Shown here: positions 18,559 through 27,047 of the stretch, piece by piece
Layout: every line of letters starts with the position of its first letter
How positions within the stretch are numbered: position 1 is the stretch's first letter
NCBI RefSeq assembly: GCF_002310835.1
Contig: NZ_CP011041.1
Location: forward strand, 3,000,001-3,032,000
Reading direction: 5' to 3'
Source: Pseudoalteromonas tetraodonis
GTDB lineage: Bacteria > Pseudomonadota > Gammaproteobacteria > Enterobacterales > Alteromonadaceae
DNA length: 32,000 nt
Made by a program: the position numbers and the translations under genes
The notes under the pieces: generated by a model
What the model was told of the DNA's origin: nothing
The model's database searches: none
The model's input: only the letters and a program-made list of their open reading frames with translations

Positions 18559-19461
18559 CGCTTTAACGTGTGCAATCGCGCTGCGCCCGAGGGCCGACAG
18601 TGAGTACCCTCCCTCTAAATAAGAAATAATACCTAAACAATGATGCTGTTGGCTAAATTGCGCTAACTGCTCAGTAAGCCATATATAATCACTTTCAACA
18701 AACTTAAGACTGGCCATGTCATCTTCTAAATGTGCGTCAAATCCCGCGCTTATAAAAAGTAGCTCAGGCTTAAATTCTGTTAATTTTGGTAGCCATTGTT
18801 GCTCATAAAGTGCTTTTAAATCAGCACCATCACTAGCTATCGGTAAAGGTGAATTTACCAGTGTGGCATTATTTTTAATGGCGGTATTAGGATAAAATGG
18901 ATATTGAAATAACGAGCACAGCAACACATTTTCATCATCCATAAAAATATCTTGAGTCCCATTGCCATGGTGTACGTCAAAATCAACAATGGCAATGCGC
19001 TTTACCCCTTTGCTTTGTGCATATTTAACCGCAATCGCAAGGTTATTAAACACACAAAAACCAGAAGAGCTATCTCGGTTAGCGTGATGTCCTGGCGGGC
19101 GTACTGAACAAAATGCAGCGTCTAACTTACCCTCTAAAATCTCATCAACAGCGAGTAACCCTGCTCCGACTGCACGCTCAATGGCCTTTAAAGAGTCGGG
19201 GCATAACCACGTATCTCCATCTAGATCGCTGAGCCCCTCGGTGGGGATCATGTCTTCTACATGCTTAATATGCTGCTCACTGTGCGCCAATAAATAGTGC
19301 TCGCGCAATGCTTTAGGCGCTTGTTTTTGCTCTATAGCCACATCCAGTCCACTAGCAAGTAAACGGTCATTAATTGCATCTAAACGCTCAGGGCATTCTG
19401 GATGATCTTCAATCATTTTATGTTTACGACAGTGAGGATGAGAAATAATCGCAGTGCGCAT
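18538..19461 (-). CDS. Histone deacetylase / acetoin-utilisation (AcuC) / acetylpolyamine amidohydrolase family protein
   Basis: The motifs SVRPPGHHA, FCVFNNLAIA, DFDVHHGNGTQ and SAGFDAH match the arginase-deacetylase fold active site. I prefer the ATG at 19461 (MRTAIISHP...), which has GGAG 6 nt upstream. The track start at 19506 lies inside the upstream terminator hairpin. Confidence 0.9.
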   Translation of the reverse strand: MRTAIISHPHCRKHKMIEDHPECPERLDAINDRLLASGLDVAIEQKQAPKALREHYLLAHSEQHIKHVEDMIPTEGLSDLDGDTWLCPDSLKAIERAVGAGLLAVDEILEGKLDAAFCSVRPPGHHANRDSSSGFCVFNNLAIAVKYAQSKGVKRIAIVDFDVHHGNGTQDIFMDDENVLLCSLFQYPFYPNTAIKNNATLVNSPLPIASDGADLKALYEQQWLPKLTEFKPELLFISAGFDAHLEDDMASLKFVESDYIWLTEQLAQFSQQHHCLGIISYLEGGYSLSALGRSAIAHVKALVDFGE

Positions 19462-19498
19462 AGCTAACTCCAAAAATAAGTTGCTTAACGAGTATAAC

Positions 19499-19520
19499 AA
19501 AGCCACCTTGTGGTGGCTTT
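19499..19520 (-). terminator. Hairpin downstream of the serine hydrolase gene (probable terminator with a weak U-tract)
   Basis: AAAGCCACC-ttgt-GGTGGCTTT. On the minus strand it is followed by GTTATAC. A second AT-rich hairpin, CTTTGGTT...AACCAAAG, lies at 19525-19558. Confidence 0.5.
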
Positions 19521-19564
19521 GCGACTTTGGTTGATACTAAACAACTCTTTAACCAAAGTTATGA

Positions 19565-21106
19565 TTATTTAGCTTTTAAGTCGAGATTTCTAAAATCAAA
19601 GCTAAAATCGGTTACCTGCGTTGAAACTGCATTCATTTTCGCCGATTCCACGCGGTTATCGGCGCTCATTGAAAAGCGAATAAAGGCATCTGCCTCTAAT
19701 AACTTTTCATCCCACTTCACAATAAAAGTATTACCTGTGTAATGCTTCAACTCACCTTTAAGGCGTTTTGTATGGGTAAAATCAATGCGTAACTTACCAT
19801 CTAGTTCTTCAACGATTACATCGCCATACCAATCATCATGTAATGTACCGGTGTAGTTTATATTAGGTAATTGCGGTTGAGTGTCTGTTGGCGCTTTTGG
19901 TGCGGCATTAGCATAGGCTTTTTCTTTCCCTGCAAAATGCTTTTTAGCTAACTCTTCAACCCAATCTTTATCTTCAAGCTCGAGTACATCTTCAAGTACT
20001 TCATGAGTCACTGCCGATAATGCAGAAAATGCTTGTTGGTTGCTTAATATCACAATCCCCACGTTTTTTTCTGGTAATAAAGTCACCTGCGATACCATAC
20101 CTAAAATGCCGCCACCATGTGCCAGCTTTTTAACGCCGTGGTAATCTTCTATACTCCAACCTAATCCGTAACCTCTAAATTGTTGATGATACGCTTCATA
20201 GGCACTTTTAGATGCCAGTGACGTAATATGTGGATGCCACATTTGTGCTTGCTGCTTTTCACTAAATAACTGCTCGCCATTAGGCATTTTGCCACCCGCA
20301 AGTTGAGTACGGAGCCATTGGCTCATATCATTTACGCTTGATGCAATGGCGCCTGCCCCTCGAAAGTCTTCAAGGTAATTAACAAAAAAAGGATGCAATT
20401 TGCCATCCATTGGGATGTGTCCGATCGCCCAGTTTTTGTTGTTTTTTGCGATACGCGAAAAGCCAGCGCGCGAGTTGGTCATATTTAGCGGCTGTAGAAT
20501 ATTTTTTTCAATGTAGTCGTTCCAGCTCATCCCCGATATACGCGCAACAACTTCACCAGCGGTAACAAACATTAGGTTGTTGTAAGCATATTGACTACGA
20601 AAACTGCTCGCAGGTTTTAAATATTTCAGCCCAGATAAAATATCGGCTACCGATTTATCTGTACTTGGCCAAATCATTAAATCGCCTTGACCAAGCCCTA
20701 AACCGCTACGATGACTAAGTAAATCGCGTATGCGCATTTCACGAGTAACGTAAGGGTCGTACAATCTAAACTCAGGAAGATGGTCAATTACGCGGTCATC
20801 CCAGCTTAACTTGCCTTCATCCACCAGCTTAGCCAATGCTGCACTGGTAAATGCCTTGGTATTTGAAGCAATGCCAAATAAAGTGTCTTTATTCACCTTG
20901 CTATTCGTATCAAGGTTGGCAACACCAAAGCCTTTAGCGAATACAACTTTGTCATTTTCAACAATGGCAACGGCCATTCCGGGTACATCAAAACGTGTCA
21001 TTGAGGCGTTGATCACCTCTGAAATTTTATCGGTATCAACTGCTGCAGAGCTCGTAAACGCCCAGCCAGCCAATAATGCGGCTGTGGCTAATTTTTTTAG
21101 TTTCAT
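19565..21106 (-). CDS. Exported beta-lactamase-related serine hydrolase (class C / DD-peptidase / D-aminopeptidase-like) with a C-terminal lipocalin-like extension
   Basis: 513 aa. The signal peptide is MKLKKLATAALLAGWAFTSSAA. The S-x-x-K motif is ASNTKAFTS, a YxN-like motif YAYNN follows, and HGGG appears near the KTG position. The C-terminal ~110 aa (YTGTLHDDWYGDVIVEELDGKLRIDF...) resembles the DUF3471-type domain often fused to this family; that comparison is from memory. Confidence 0.85.
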   Translation of the reverse strand: MKLKKLATAALLAGWAFTSSAAVDTDKISEVINASMTRFDVPGMAVAIVENDKVVFAKGFGVANLDTNSKVNKDTLFGIASNTKAFTSAALAKLVDEGKLSWDDRVIDHLPEFRLYDPYVTREMRIRDLLSHRSGLGLGQGDLMIWPSTDKSVADILSGLKYLKPASSFRSQYAYNNLMFVTAGEVVARISGMSWNDYIEKNILQPLNMTNSRAGFSRIAKNNKNWAIGHIPMDGKLHPFFVNYLEDFRGAGAIASSVNDMSQWLRTQLAGGKMPNGEQLFSEKQQAQMWHPHITSLASKSAYEAYHQQFRGYGLGWSIEDYHGVKKLAHGGGILGMVSQVTLLPEKNVGIVILSNQQAFSALSAVTHEVLEDVLELEDKDWVEELAKKHFAGKEKAYANAAPKAPTDTQPQLPNINYTGTLHDDWYGDVIVEELDGKLRIDFTHTKRLKGELKHYTGNTFIVKWDEKLLEADAFIRFSMSADNRVESAKMNAVSTQVTDFSFDFRNLDLKAK

Positions 21107-21133
21107 AGTGTTACCTTAGGTTATTATTTTTGT

Positions 21134-21628
21134 TTAATCTTGATGAACCGCAAATTCTATTTCGGCGCGCGCTTTATTAGTATCTTGCTTACTCGGGTAA
21201 GCTAAAATGCGTTGACTGTAGTGTTCGGGTACGCCCGCCTCAAGTGCGCCGCGATATACATGCTGCACGTACCAATCATAAGGTAGCAGTGTGTCGTCAT
21301 GTGTGTTTGCTATGTAGCAGTGTACATTAATGTCATCGTCATCTAGAAGGCTCACGGTTAAATCAACACAGTCGTAATTAGGGCCTTCAATTTTATCTAA
21401 GATCTCTTTTTCGGCTTCATTAAGCTGATACACCACCCCATATACCACAGCATCGGGCTCATTGGTGGGCACAATAGTGCATTTACCTGAACCATCTGAA
21501 AAGGCCATATTAAAGGTTAACTTATAGCCCTTTAAAAGTGCCGTACCCACACGTTTTGCATTAGGTAAACGTGCCAATAAACGATTAGATGACATATTAG
21601 AGCCAAACGAAAAATTATATAACGCCAT
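21134..21628 (-). CDS. Gamma-glutamylcyclotransferase (AIG2/GGCT-like) family protein
   Basis: 164 aa. The N-terminal motif LYNFSFGSNMSSNRL corresponds to the YFAYGSNM signature, and VYGVVYQL...E is consistent with the GGCT fold. Confidence 0.8.
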   Translation of the reverse strand: MALYNFSFGSNMSSNRLLARLPNAKRVGTALLKGYKLTFNMAFSDGSGKCTIVPTNEPDAVVYGVVYQLNEAEKEILDKIEGPNYDCVDLTVSLLDDDDINVHCYIANTHDDTLLPYDWYVQHVYRGALEAGVPEHYSQRILAYPSKQDTNKARAEIEFAVHQD

Positions 21629-21640
21629 ACTATTCCTTCT

Positions 21641-22267
21641 TTAAATAACAACTCGCACAGCCAGTGCGATTAAAATAATGCCAATGCCGCGGTCGAACCA
21701 ATAACCACTTTGCTGAAAAAAATCACGTACACGCGCTTTTGATAACAATAGCGATAAAATAGAAAACCAAGCCCACGTAGCAAGCGCCATATAAACGCCA
21801 TATCCCATTTGTACTATTACCGGCGTAGTTGGGCTAATCACTAAGGTAAACAACGACATAAAAAACAGTGTTGCCTTAGGGTTAAGTGCATTGGTAAAAA
21901 AGCCACGTCGAAACGCACGCCATGATGACTCAGCTGCAAGGCTGGGTTTTGCAGTCGGTTCTGATGAGGTATTTGTAGGTTTAGCAGCGCGCAGTGCCTG
22001 CACGCCTAAATACGCTAAATACGCGCCCGCTATATATTTAAGCGCCATAAACAACGCAGGTGATTGAGTTAACACCAGCGCAACTCCCAATACACAATAG
22101 GCTATGTGTAATAAAATAGCCGCACCAACACCTGCACTTGTCCATAAGGCATTGCGCCTGCCGTGTTGTACACTTTGTTTAAGGACTACCGCAAAGTCGG
22201 GCCCAGGGCTTGCTACCGCAAAAAAATGAGCCACCGCAATTAATAAAAATTCATCGATATAGTTCAT
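21641..22267 (-). CDS. LysE/RhtB family amino-acid efflux transporter
   Basis: 208 aa with about 6 TM helices. The N-terminal motif ASPGPDFAVVLKQSVQHGRR is typical of the LysE family. Confidence 0.85.
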   Translation of the reverse strand: MNYIDEFLLIAVAHFFAVASPGPDFAVVLKQSVQHGRRNALWTSAGVGAAILLHIAYCVLGVALVLTQSPALFMALKYIAGAYLAYLGVQALRAAKPTNTSSEPTAKPSLAAESSWRAFRRGFFTNALNPKATLFFMSLFTLVISPTTPVIVQMGYGVYMALATWAWFSILSLLLSKARVRDFFQQSGYWFDRGIGIILIALAVRVVI

Positions 22268-22269
22268 AC

Positions 22270-23052
22270 TTAACTGGCTTGCTCTGGCGAAAAAGCCAAT
22301 AATAATGGGTTAGCCGATTGATTAACCAAGGCTTTTATTTCTTTTTGCGCTTTTTTAAATTGGCCTCGTAAATGCGGTTTTAAATGTTTTTTAGAGTGTT
22401 TATCTTGCTTAAAGTAGCTCACTAACGCATGCATAAATACGGTATGCGTTTCACTGAGCGCCGCTTCGCGATTTGCATACGGGTTATAACATGAGCCACA
22501 GCCACCTTTAAACTGGTACACGGTATTGCTCATCATTACCCCAAAGCCTAAAAAACACGCTAAAGCATCAGTAGCTTGCGGTAAGTACTCTTTACCACCT
22601 GGGGGCAGCACCCCTACGTGATGAATTAATATGGTGGCAAGCGTACCGGCAAAACTCGCCACTAAGTCTTGCGGTTGATTAATTTGATTGGGATTAAACG
22701 ACACATTAATAGTATGACTGGCTGGTACTATTAAATGACACTCTTCGCCACGTAAATGCTGACTAAATTCAAAGTGTGGAAACACCTGTGGTTGTAATTG
22801 TTGCGGTGCAACCAAGGTTACTGGCCATTCATTCATACCAGCGTATTGCTTAACACGCGCAAACACTTTGCTGGCCATTTCCTCAATACTTGAAACCGAG
22901 TCAGGAAAAAACTCAACCGTTGGCAAAATAACTTGGCTGTGTTTGGTAAAAAAATCCAAATCAAAGTTTTCTGCTGCCCATATAAAGGTATCAACCAGCC
23001 ATTGTTGTTCTTGTTCTGCCAATAAGGGCTTTGATTTAAATAGAGTTAACAT
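22270..23052 (-). CDS. Hypothetical cytoplasmic protein (260 aa) of unknown function
   Basis: An intact ORF wedged between creA (3-nt gap) and lysE (2-nt gap). It has no signal peptide. Notable motifs are HHVGVLPPGG and GGCGSCYNPYANRE. I recognise no family. Confidence 0.65.
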   Translation of the reverse strand: MLTLFKSKPLLAEQEQQWLVDTFIWAAENFDLDFFTKHSQVILPTVEFFPDSVSSIEEMASKVFARVKQYAGMNEWPVTLVAPQQLQPQVFPHFEFSQHLRGEECHLIVPASHTINVSFNPNQINQPQDLVASFAGTLATILIHHVGVLPPGGKEYLPQATDALACFLGFGVMMSNTVYQFKGGCGSCYNPYANREAALSETHTVFMHALVSYFKQDKHSKKHLKPHLRGQFKKAQKEIKALVNQSANPLLLAFSPEQAS

Positions 23053-23055
23053 AAA

Positions 23056-23526
23056 CTACTCTTGCCCCTTCGCCCATTGCCATGCTTGTGTATTGTATAA
23101 AGGCACCGTAGAGAGCGCATGATGATGACTGCCCGTAGACTCTTTCGTTGAGTATGATAAATATAATAATGTATGGGTTTTAGCATCATAAATACGGCGC
23201 ACTTTTAATGACTTAAACAAAATACTCTTAGATGATTTAAACACGACTTCACCGGATTTACTGCGGTCGATAGACTGTAATTGGTCTGGCGTTATTGGCC
23301 CGGTTTGACGACAGGCAATCGACATATCTGATGGGTCTGAAAAATCTAAATTCGCCTCAATATGGCTAATATGACAGGTTACACCGGTCACTAGCGGGTC
23401 TTGCTGTGAATTAACCACCACATCTTTAGTGGTAAATAGCCCAAGACTCACTGAGGCAACATCATCAGAGCACCCTGCAAGCCCTGCTAAGCATACAATT
23501 AAACCACCCATTTTGAGATACTTCAT
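23056..23526 (-). CDS. creA: CreA family protein (predicted lipoprotein)
   Basis: From the ATG at 23526, MKYLKMGGLIVCLAGLAGC carries a lipobox. VTCHISH..., IACRQTGPI, GEVVFKSSKSILFKSLKVRRIYDAK and LLYLSYS are collinear with E. coli CreA. The RBS is AAGGA. The 55-codon N-terminal extension in the ORF track is rejected. Confidence 0.85.
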   Translation of the reverse strand: MKYLKMGGLIVCLAGLAGCSDDVASVSLGLFTTKDVVVNSQQDPLVTGVTCHISHIEANLDFSDPSDMSIACRQTGPITPDQLQSIDRSKSGEVVFKSSKSILFKSLKVRRIYDAKTHTLLYLSYSTKESTGSHHHALSTVPLYNTQAWQWAKGQE

Positions 23527-23656
23527 AGCAAGTCCTTCGTTCATATTAAAAATTAAGTTACGCCTTATACTAAACGCTTTCACCGCGATAAAACAAATTT
23601 TATCCACCAACTCAATACTGTAATGGTTTAAAGGGTATTTCGCAGCAAGATACACA

Positions 23657-23688
23657 ATAAAAAAGGCACGCCCGAGGGAGTGCCTTTG
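23657..23688 (-). terminator. Rho-independent terminator of the TonB-dependent receptor gene
   Basis: The minus strand reads CAAAGGCACTCCCTCGGGCGTGCCTTTTTTATT: a GC-rich extended stem followed by a U-tract. Confidence 0.9.
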
Positions 23689-23711
23689 CAAACAAATACA
23701 GCTAAAGATTA

Positions 23712-26700
23712 TTAAAAGCTATATTGTGCACCTAGATAAACATAACGACCGGCACCGCCGCCGTAGCCACTATAAAAGTTACCACGACCACTTGGGTAAA
23801 ATGCCCCTTTGTCGTCAAATACATTGTTAATACCGCCAAATACACGTAAGTCACTTTTATCAGTCAGTGCCAGAGTGTAAGACGCTGATAAACTATGCTT
23901 TAAAAATGAGCCATAATCTTGATACGCAAGTGGCTCTGGGTTTGCAATACAACCGGCATCGCCCGCAGCACAGCGCTCATCGTTTGCAGCAACATACTCA
24001 AGGTAGTCTTTCTCATCTTCTTGGCTTGCTTTAAACGCGCCTACGTAATTTGTACGCCAGCGAATACGTAAATCATCTATTTTCCATACAATCGACATAG
24101 CGGCTTTATCTTTTGAGCGCCCATAACCTGCATACTGTGAAGTAACACTGTTACCATCTAAGCCTTCATAGGTTTGCGAGTTTTCAATAATGTGATTGTA
24201 ATCAAGCTTAAATGACAAGTTGCCATAGCTGCCGATGTCATATTTGTAAGTTGCAACGACATCGTAACCGCGCGCAGTTAACTCATCCAAGTTATATTCA
24301 CGCTGTAGAATTTTTACAATGTTACCTTCGTCGTTACGGGTAATATCGTTACAGTATTCGTTATCACTGCCCCACGCAGCCTCTGAGTCATAACATTCGC
24401 GCATGATGTTTTCGTTACTTATTTCATCAATGGCATCAACAATAGCAATATCGTAGTAATCCACCGCTAAGTTAAAGCCATCTAAAAACTCAGGAGATAC
24501 AGTAATACCAAAGGTATAGGTATCGGCTGTTTCTTCTTTTAAGTTTGGATTACCTGTATTTGGCGAGTAGTTATTGTCTTCACTTTCAAATTCAAAGTTA
24601 GGATCATCAGCTAGCTTTTGTGCCAAGGTTGGCTCTAAACGACAGTTATCGTGTCCTGGGTTTGTTGATGTTGCTGTTAGACCATCACAAATATCATCAA
24701 ATGAATCAAAATCGCCGCGAGGGGGTGATAATAATTCCGTGATAGTCGGCGCACGCTGTGCACGTGCATAATTGGCACGTAACATGTACCCATCAATTGG
24801 TTGCCATAAAAGGCCTAGCTTATAACTGGCAACAGTGCTGATATTATCAATGCTGTAATTTGCTAAACGCAGCGACGTTTCTGCCGACAAGCTTTTAGCA
24901 AATGGCGCATCTTTAAGTAGTGGCACTGCAAGTTCAGCAAATGCCTCATACACTTCTACTTCACCGTAAAAAGAAGGCACAACATTAAACGTAATACCGC
25001 CCGCTTTCATATCATCACTGGTATCTAGGCTTTGTGAGTCTTTACGGTACTCTGCACCAAATACTGCAGACACATTACCTGCTGGTAATTCGTATAGGTC
25101 GCCGGTGATATAACCCATTACCGTGTACTGTTGAATCTCAGTATCAATAATTGGGTTTGTACGGATCCAGTCAGCCATTTCAGGGGTAATAGACCCTTCA
25201 CCAAATAGATTAAGCGGGACACATCCTTGCGCTCGCGCTTCGGCGTCTTTACATTGAATAGTGCCATCGGCTAGCTTTTCAGCTTGCAGTGCTTGATTAA
25301 CACGTACCGTGTTTAACTCGTTACTACGAATTTGATGTTGCTTGAATTGCCCGTATCCAGCAGAGATATCCCAATCCCATGTATCATCAAACATCATACC
25401 TTGCAGGCCTGCCCAAGTTCGGATGGTCGTACGGTCGTTATCAGTGCTGATATTACCTACTTCACCAAAACGACGATCCCAATAAATGCGGTCTTTGTAT
25501 GGGTTGCTGTCAATAATTTCTTGTGGCACGTATGGGTTATCAATAGGAATGTAACCGGGCTCAATATCATCGATAGGGTCGCCAGTCACTGGGTCGTAGC
25601 GAGGTACGTAAGCCCCTTCGTATTCATCTTCTGGTGACTTATCGTTGAACGAGCCACTCTTACTATATTGAATTTGGAAGTAACTCATAATGTCGTCTGT
25701 TACATCATAATCTACTTTTATCGCGGTCGAAAAGTTATCGCTAGGTACATCAAGCATGACGTATTGTGACGAATTTATACCATAAATTTCTTCATTACCT
25801 TTCCAGTCATCACGCAGCGTTTGCCCGTCGTACCAAAACTGGGTATCGTTTCGGCTGCTTTCTAAAAATACACCGCCTAAGGTACCATCGCTTTTGCTTG
25901 CCCAATCAGCTTGTGTAATACCACTCATACACTGATAACCATCAGCAGTGTACATTTGATTACACATTAACTCATCATCATAACTATGCGCCGCTTCTAT
26001 TTTTGCGCGGTCACGGTCGTAAAAGGTCATGCCAAAATCACGATCCCAGTTTGAGCTGACAAATACATAACCGCGATCATCAGCAAATGACGTTCCGTAG
26101 TTTAAATCAAGCGTAAACTCGCGACCGCCACCATCTGTTGTTTCACCGCCACGGGCTTGAAATTCAAAGCCTTCTTTTTTTGACTGGGTAATAATATTCA
26201 CTACACCGGCTACCGCATCAGCTCCATAAGTGGCCGACGCACCACCACTTATAATTTCAACGCGCTCCACCATGCCACTTGGAATAGTATTTAAACTCAC
26301 ATAGTTACCACCATAACTATTTGATACCACACGGCGGCCATCAATAAGCGTTAGCGTTCTATTAGCGCCTAAGTCGCGAAGCTGCACCGTTGATAAACCG
26401 GTACCCGAAATACTTGATTGGCTGGTTGTATTACCAATACTTTCGCTCAGTGCAGGCATGTTATCGATTAATACATCTGAAAGGTTGCCTAGGCCTGTAT
26501 CCTGAATCGACGCTCTATCCATGGTTACCAGCGGGGTCGTTACAGAAAAACTATCACGCTTTAAACGCGAACCCGTTACGGTTATTTTTTCTGGTGCTTC
26601 TTGTACCACTTCTTCGCTTGCTTTAGCGGTTGATTGACGAGCAATAGCCTCGTCATTTGCTATTGCATGTCCAGATAAACTCGCTGTTATAGCCAGTGCT

Positions 26701-26732
26701 AAAGCGCATTTTTTTGTTGATATATTACTCAC
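23712..26732 (-). CDS. TonB-dependent outer-membrane receptor (~1000 aa class)
   Basis: GTG start with RBS AGGGAAG. The signal peptide ends ...GHAIA-ND. The TonB-box/plug region is EKITVTGSRLKRD...VERVEIISGGASATYGADAVAGVVNIIT. The C-terminal beta-barrel ends in ...YLGAQYSF (terminal aromatic residue). There is no N-terminal STN/FecA-type signalling extension. Confidence 0.93.
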   Translation of the reverse strand: MSNISTKKCALALAITASLSGHAIANDEAIARQSTAKASEEVVQEAPEKITVTGSRLKRDSFSVTTPLVTMDRASIQDTGLGNLSDVLIDNMPALSESIGNTTSQSSISGTGLSTVQLRDLGANRTLTLIDGRRVVSNSYGGNYVSLNTIPSGMVERVEIISGGASATYGADAVAGVVNIITQSKKEGFEFQARGGETTDGGGREFTLDLNYGTSFADDRGYVFVSSNWDRDFGMTFYDRDRAKIEAAHSYDDELMCNQMYTADGYQCMSGITQADWASKSDGTLGGVFLESSRNDTQFWYDGQTLRDDWKGNEEIYGINSSQYVMLDVPSDNFSTAIKVDYDVTDDIMSYFQIQYSKSGSFNDKSPEDEYEGAYVPRYDPVTGDPIDDIEPGYIPIDNPYVPQEIIDSNPYKDRIYWDRRFGEVGNISTDNDRTTIRTWAGLQGMMFDDTWDWDISAGYGQFKQHQIRSNELNTVRVNQALQAEKLADGTIQCKDAEARAQGCVPLNLFGEGSITPEMADWIRTNPIIDTEIQQYTVMGYITGDLYELPAGNVSAVFGAEYRKDSQSLDTSDDMKAGGITFNVVPSFYGEVEVYEAFAELAVPLLKDAPFAKSLSAETSLRLANYSIDNISTVASYKLGLLWQPIDGYMLRANYARAQRAPTITELLSPPRGDFDSFDDICDGLTATSTNPGHDNCRLEPTLAQKLADDPNFEFESEDNNYSPNTGNPNLKEETADTYTFGITVSPEFLDGFNLAVDYYDIAIVDAIDEISNENIMRECYDSEAAWGSDNEYCNDITRNDEGNIVKILQREYNLDELTARGYDVVATYKYDIGSYGNLSFKLDYNHIIENSQTYEGLDGNSVTSQYAGYGRSKDKAAMSIVWKIDDLRIRWRTNYVGAFKASQEDEKDYLEYVAANDERCAAGDAGCIANPEPLAYQDYGSFLKHSLSASYTLALTDKSDLRVFGGINNVFDDKGAFYPSGRGNFYSGYGGGAGRYVYLGAQYSF

Positions 26733-26883
26733 AAACTTCCCTTATTATTTATTATTCCATTAGTACAAATCGTTTTTGATTAACTTTTTAGTTATTAAAT
26801 TTGTTTTGTACCAATTGGTTTATTTTACTAATAACATGTTATAAGTAATCGTGAATAAAAGCACAATGAGAGGTGTCTCGTTT

Positions 26884-26918
26884 ATATCCCTATTTTATAT
26901 CTATTTAATATCTATTTA
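26884..26918. repeat. Three consecutive direct repeats (ATATCTATTTA x2 perfect, plus one degenerate copy) abutting a TATAAT
   Basis: Positions 26897-26907 and 26908-26918 are identical 11-mers. Positions 26884-26896 read ATATCCCTATTTT, the same unit with a 2-nt insertion. TATAAT follows at 26921-26926. All of this lies in the 315-bp AT-rich divergent intergenic region. Confidence 0.65.
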
Positions 26919-27047
26919 TTTATAATCATACACTTAAGGTTTTCGTGTTAGAATGATGTAAAATCGAATGTTAACCAACTATCGCTTTATTTTGCATTAA
27001 ACACTGCCTAGCAACGTACTTAATCAAGAGGTTTAAATACACAAACT

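Noticed and set aside
19462-19506. A 15-codon extension of the HDAC-family ORF. Analogous long ORF-track starts are CreA 23527-23691, MCP 31624-31644 and CBS-GGDEF-EAL 18182-18196.
   Set aside because: The extensions begin at non-ATG codons, run through terminator hairpins or promoter-like AT-rich DNA, and lack RBSs. The internal ATGs have good RBSs and give family-typical N-termini such as a lipobox, a TM helix or a conserved start.
19527-19742. A 71-aa plus-strand ORF overlapping the 3' end of the serine hydrolase gene.
   Set aside because: It starts inside a hairpin region, overlaps a well-supported CDS on the other strand, and has no recognisable features.
26866-26925. A 19-codon mini-ORF (MRGVSFISLFYIYLISIYL) spanning the direct repeats.
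   Set aside because: It has no Shine-Dalgarno sequence, and its hydrophobic composition is what translating AT-rich repeats produces. It is most likely a chance ORF.
26733-27047. A Fur box that would indicate iron regulation of the TonB-dependent receptor.
   Set aside because: I found no good match to GATAATGATAATCATTATC, only short ATAATCAT-like fragments that are expected in AT-rich DNA. The receptor's size also suggests a non-siderophore substrate class.
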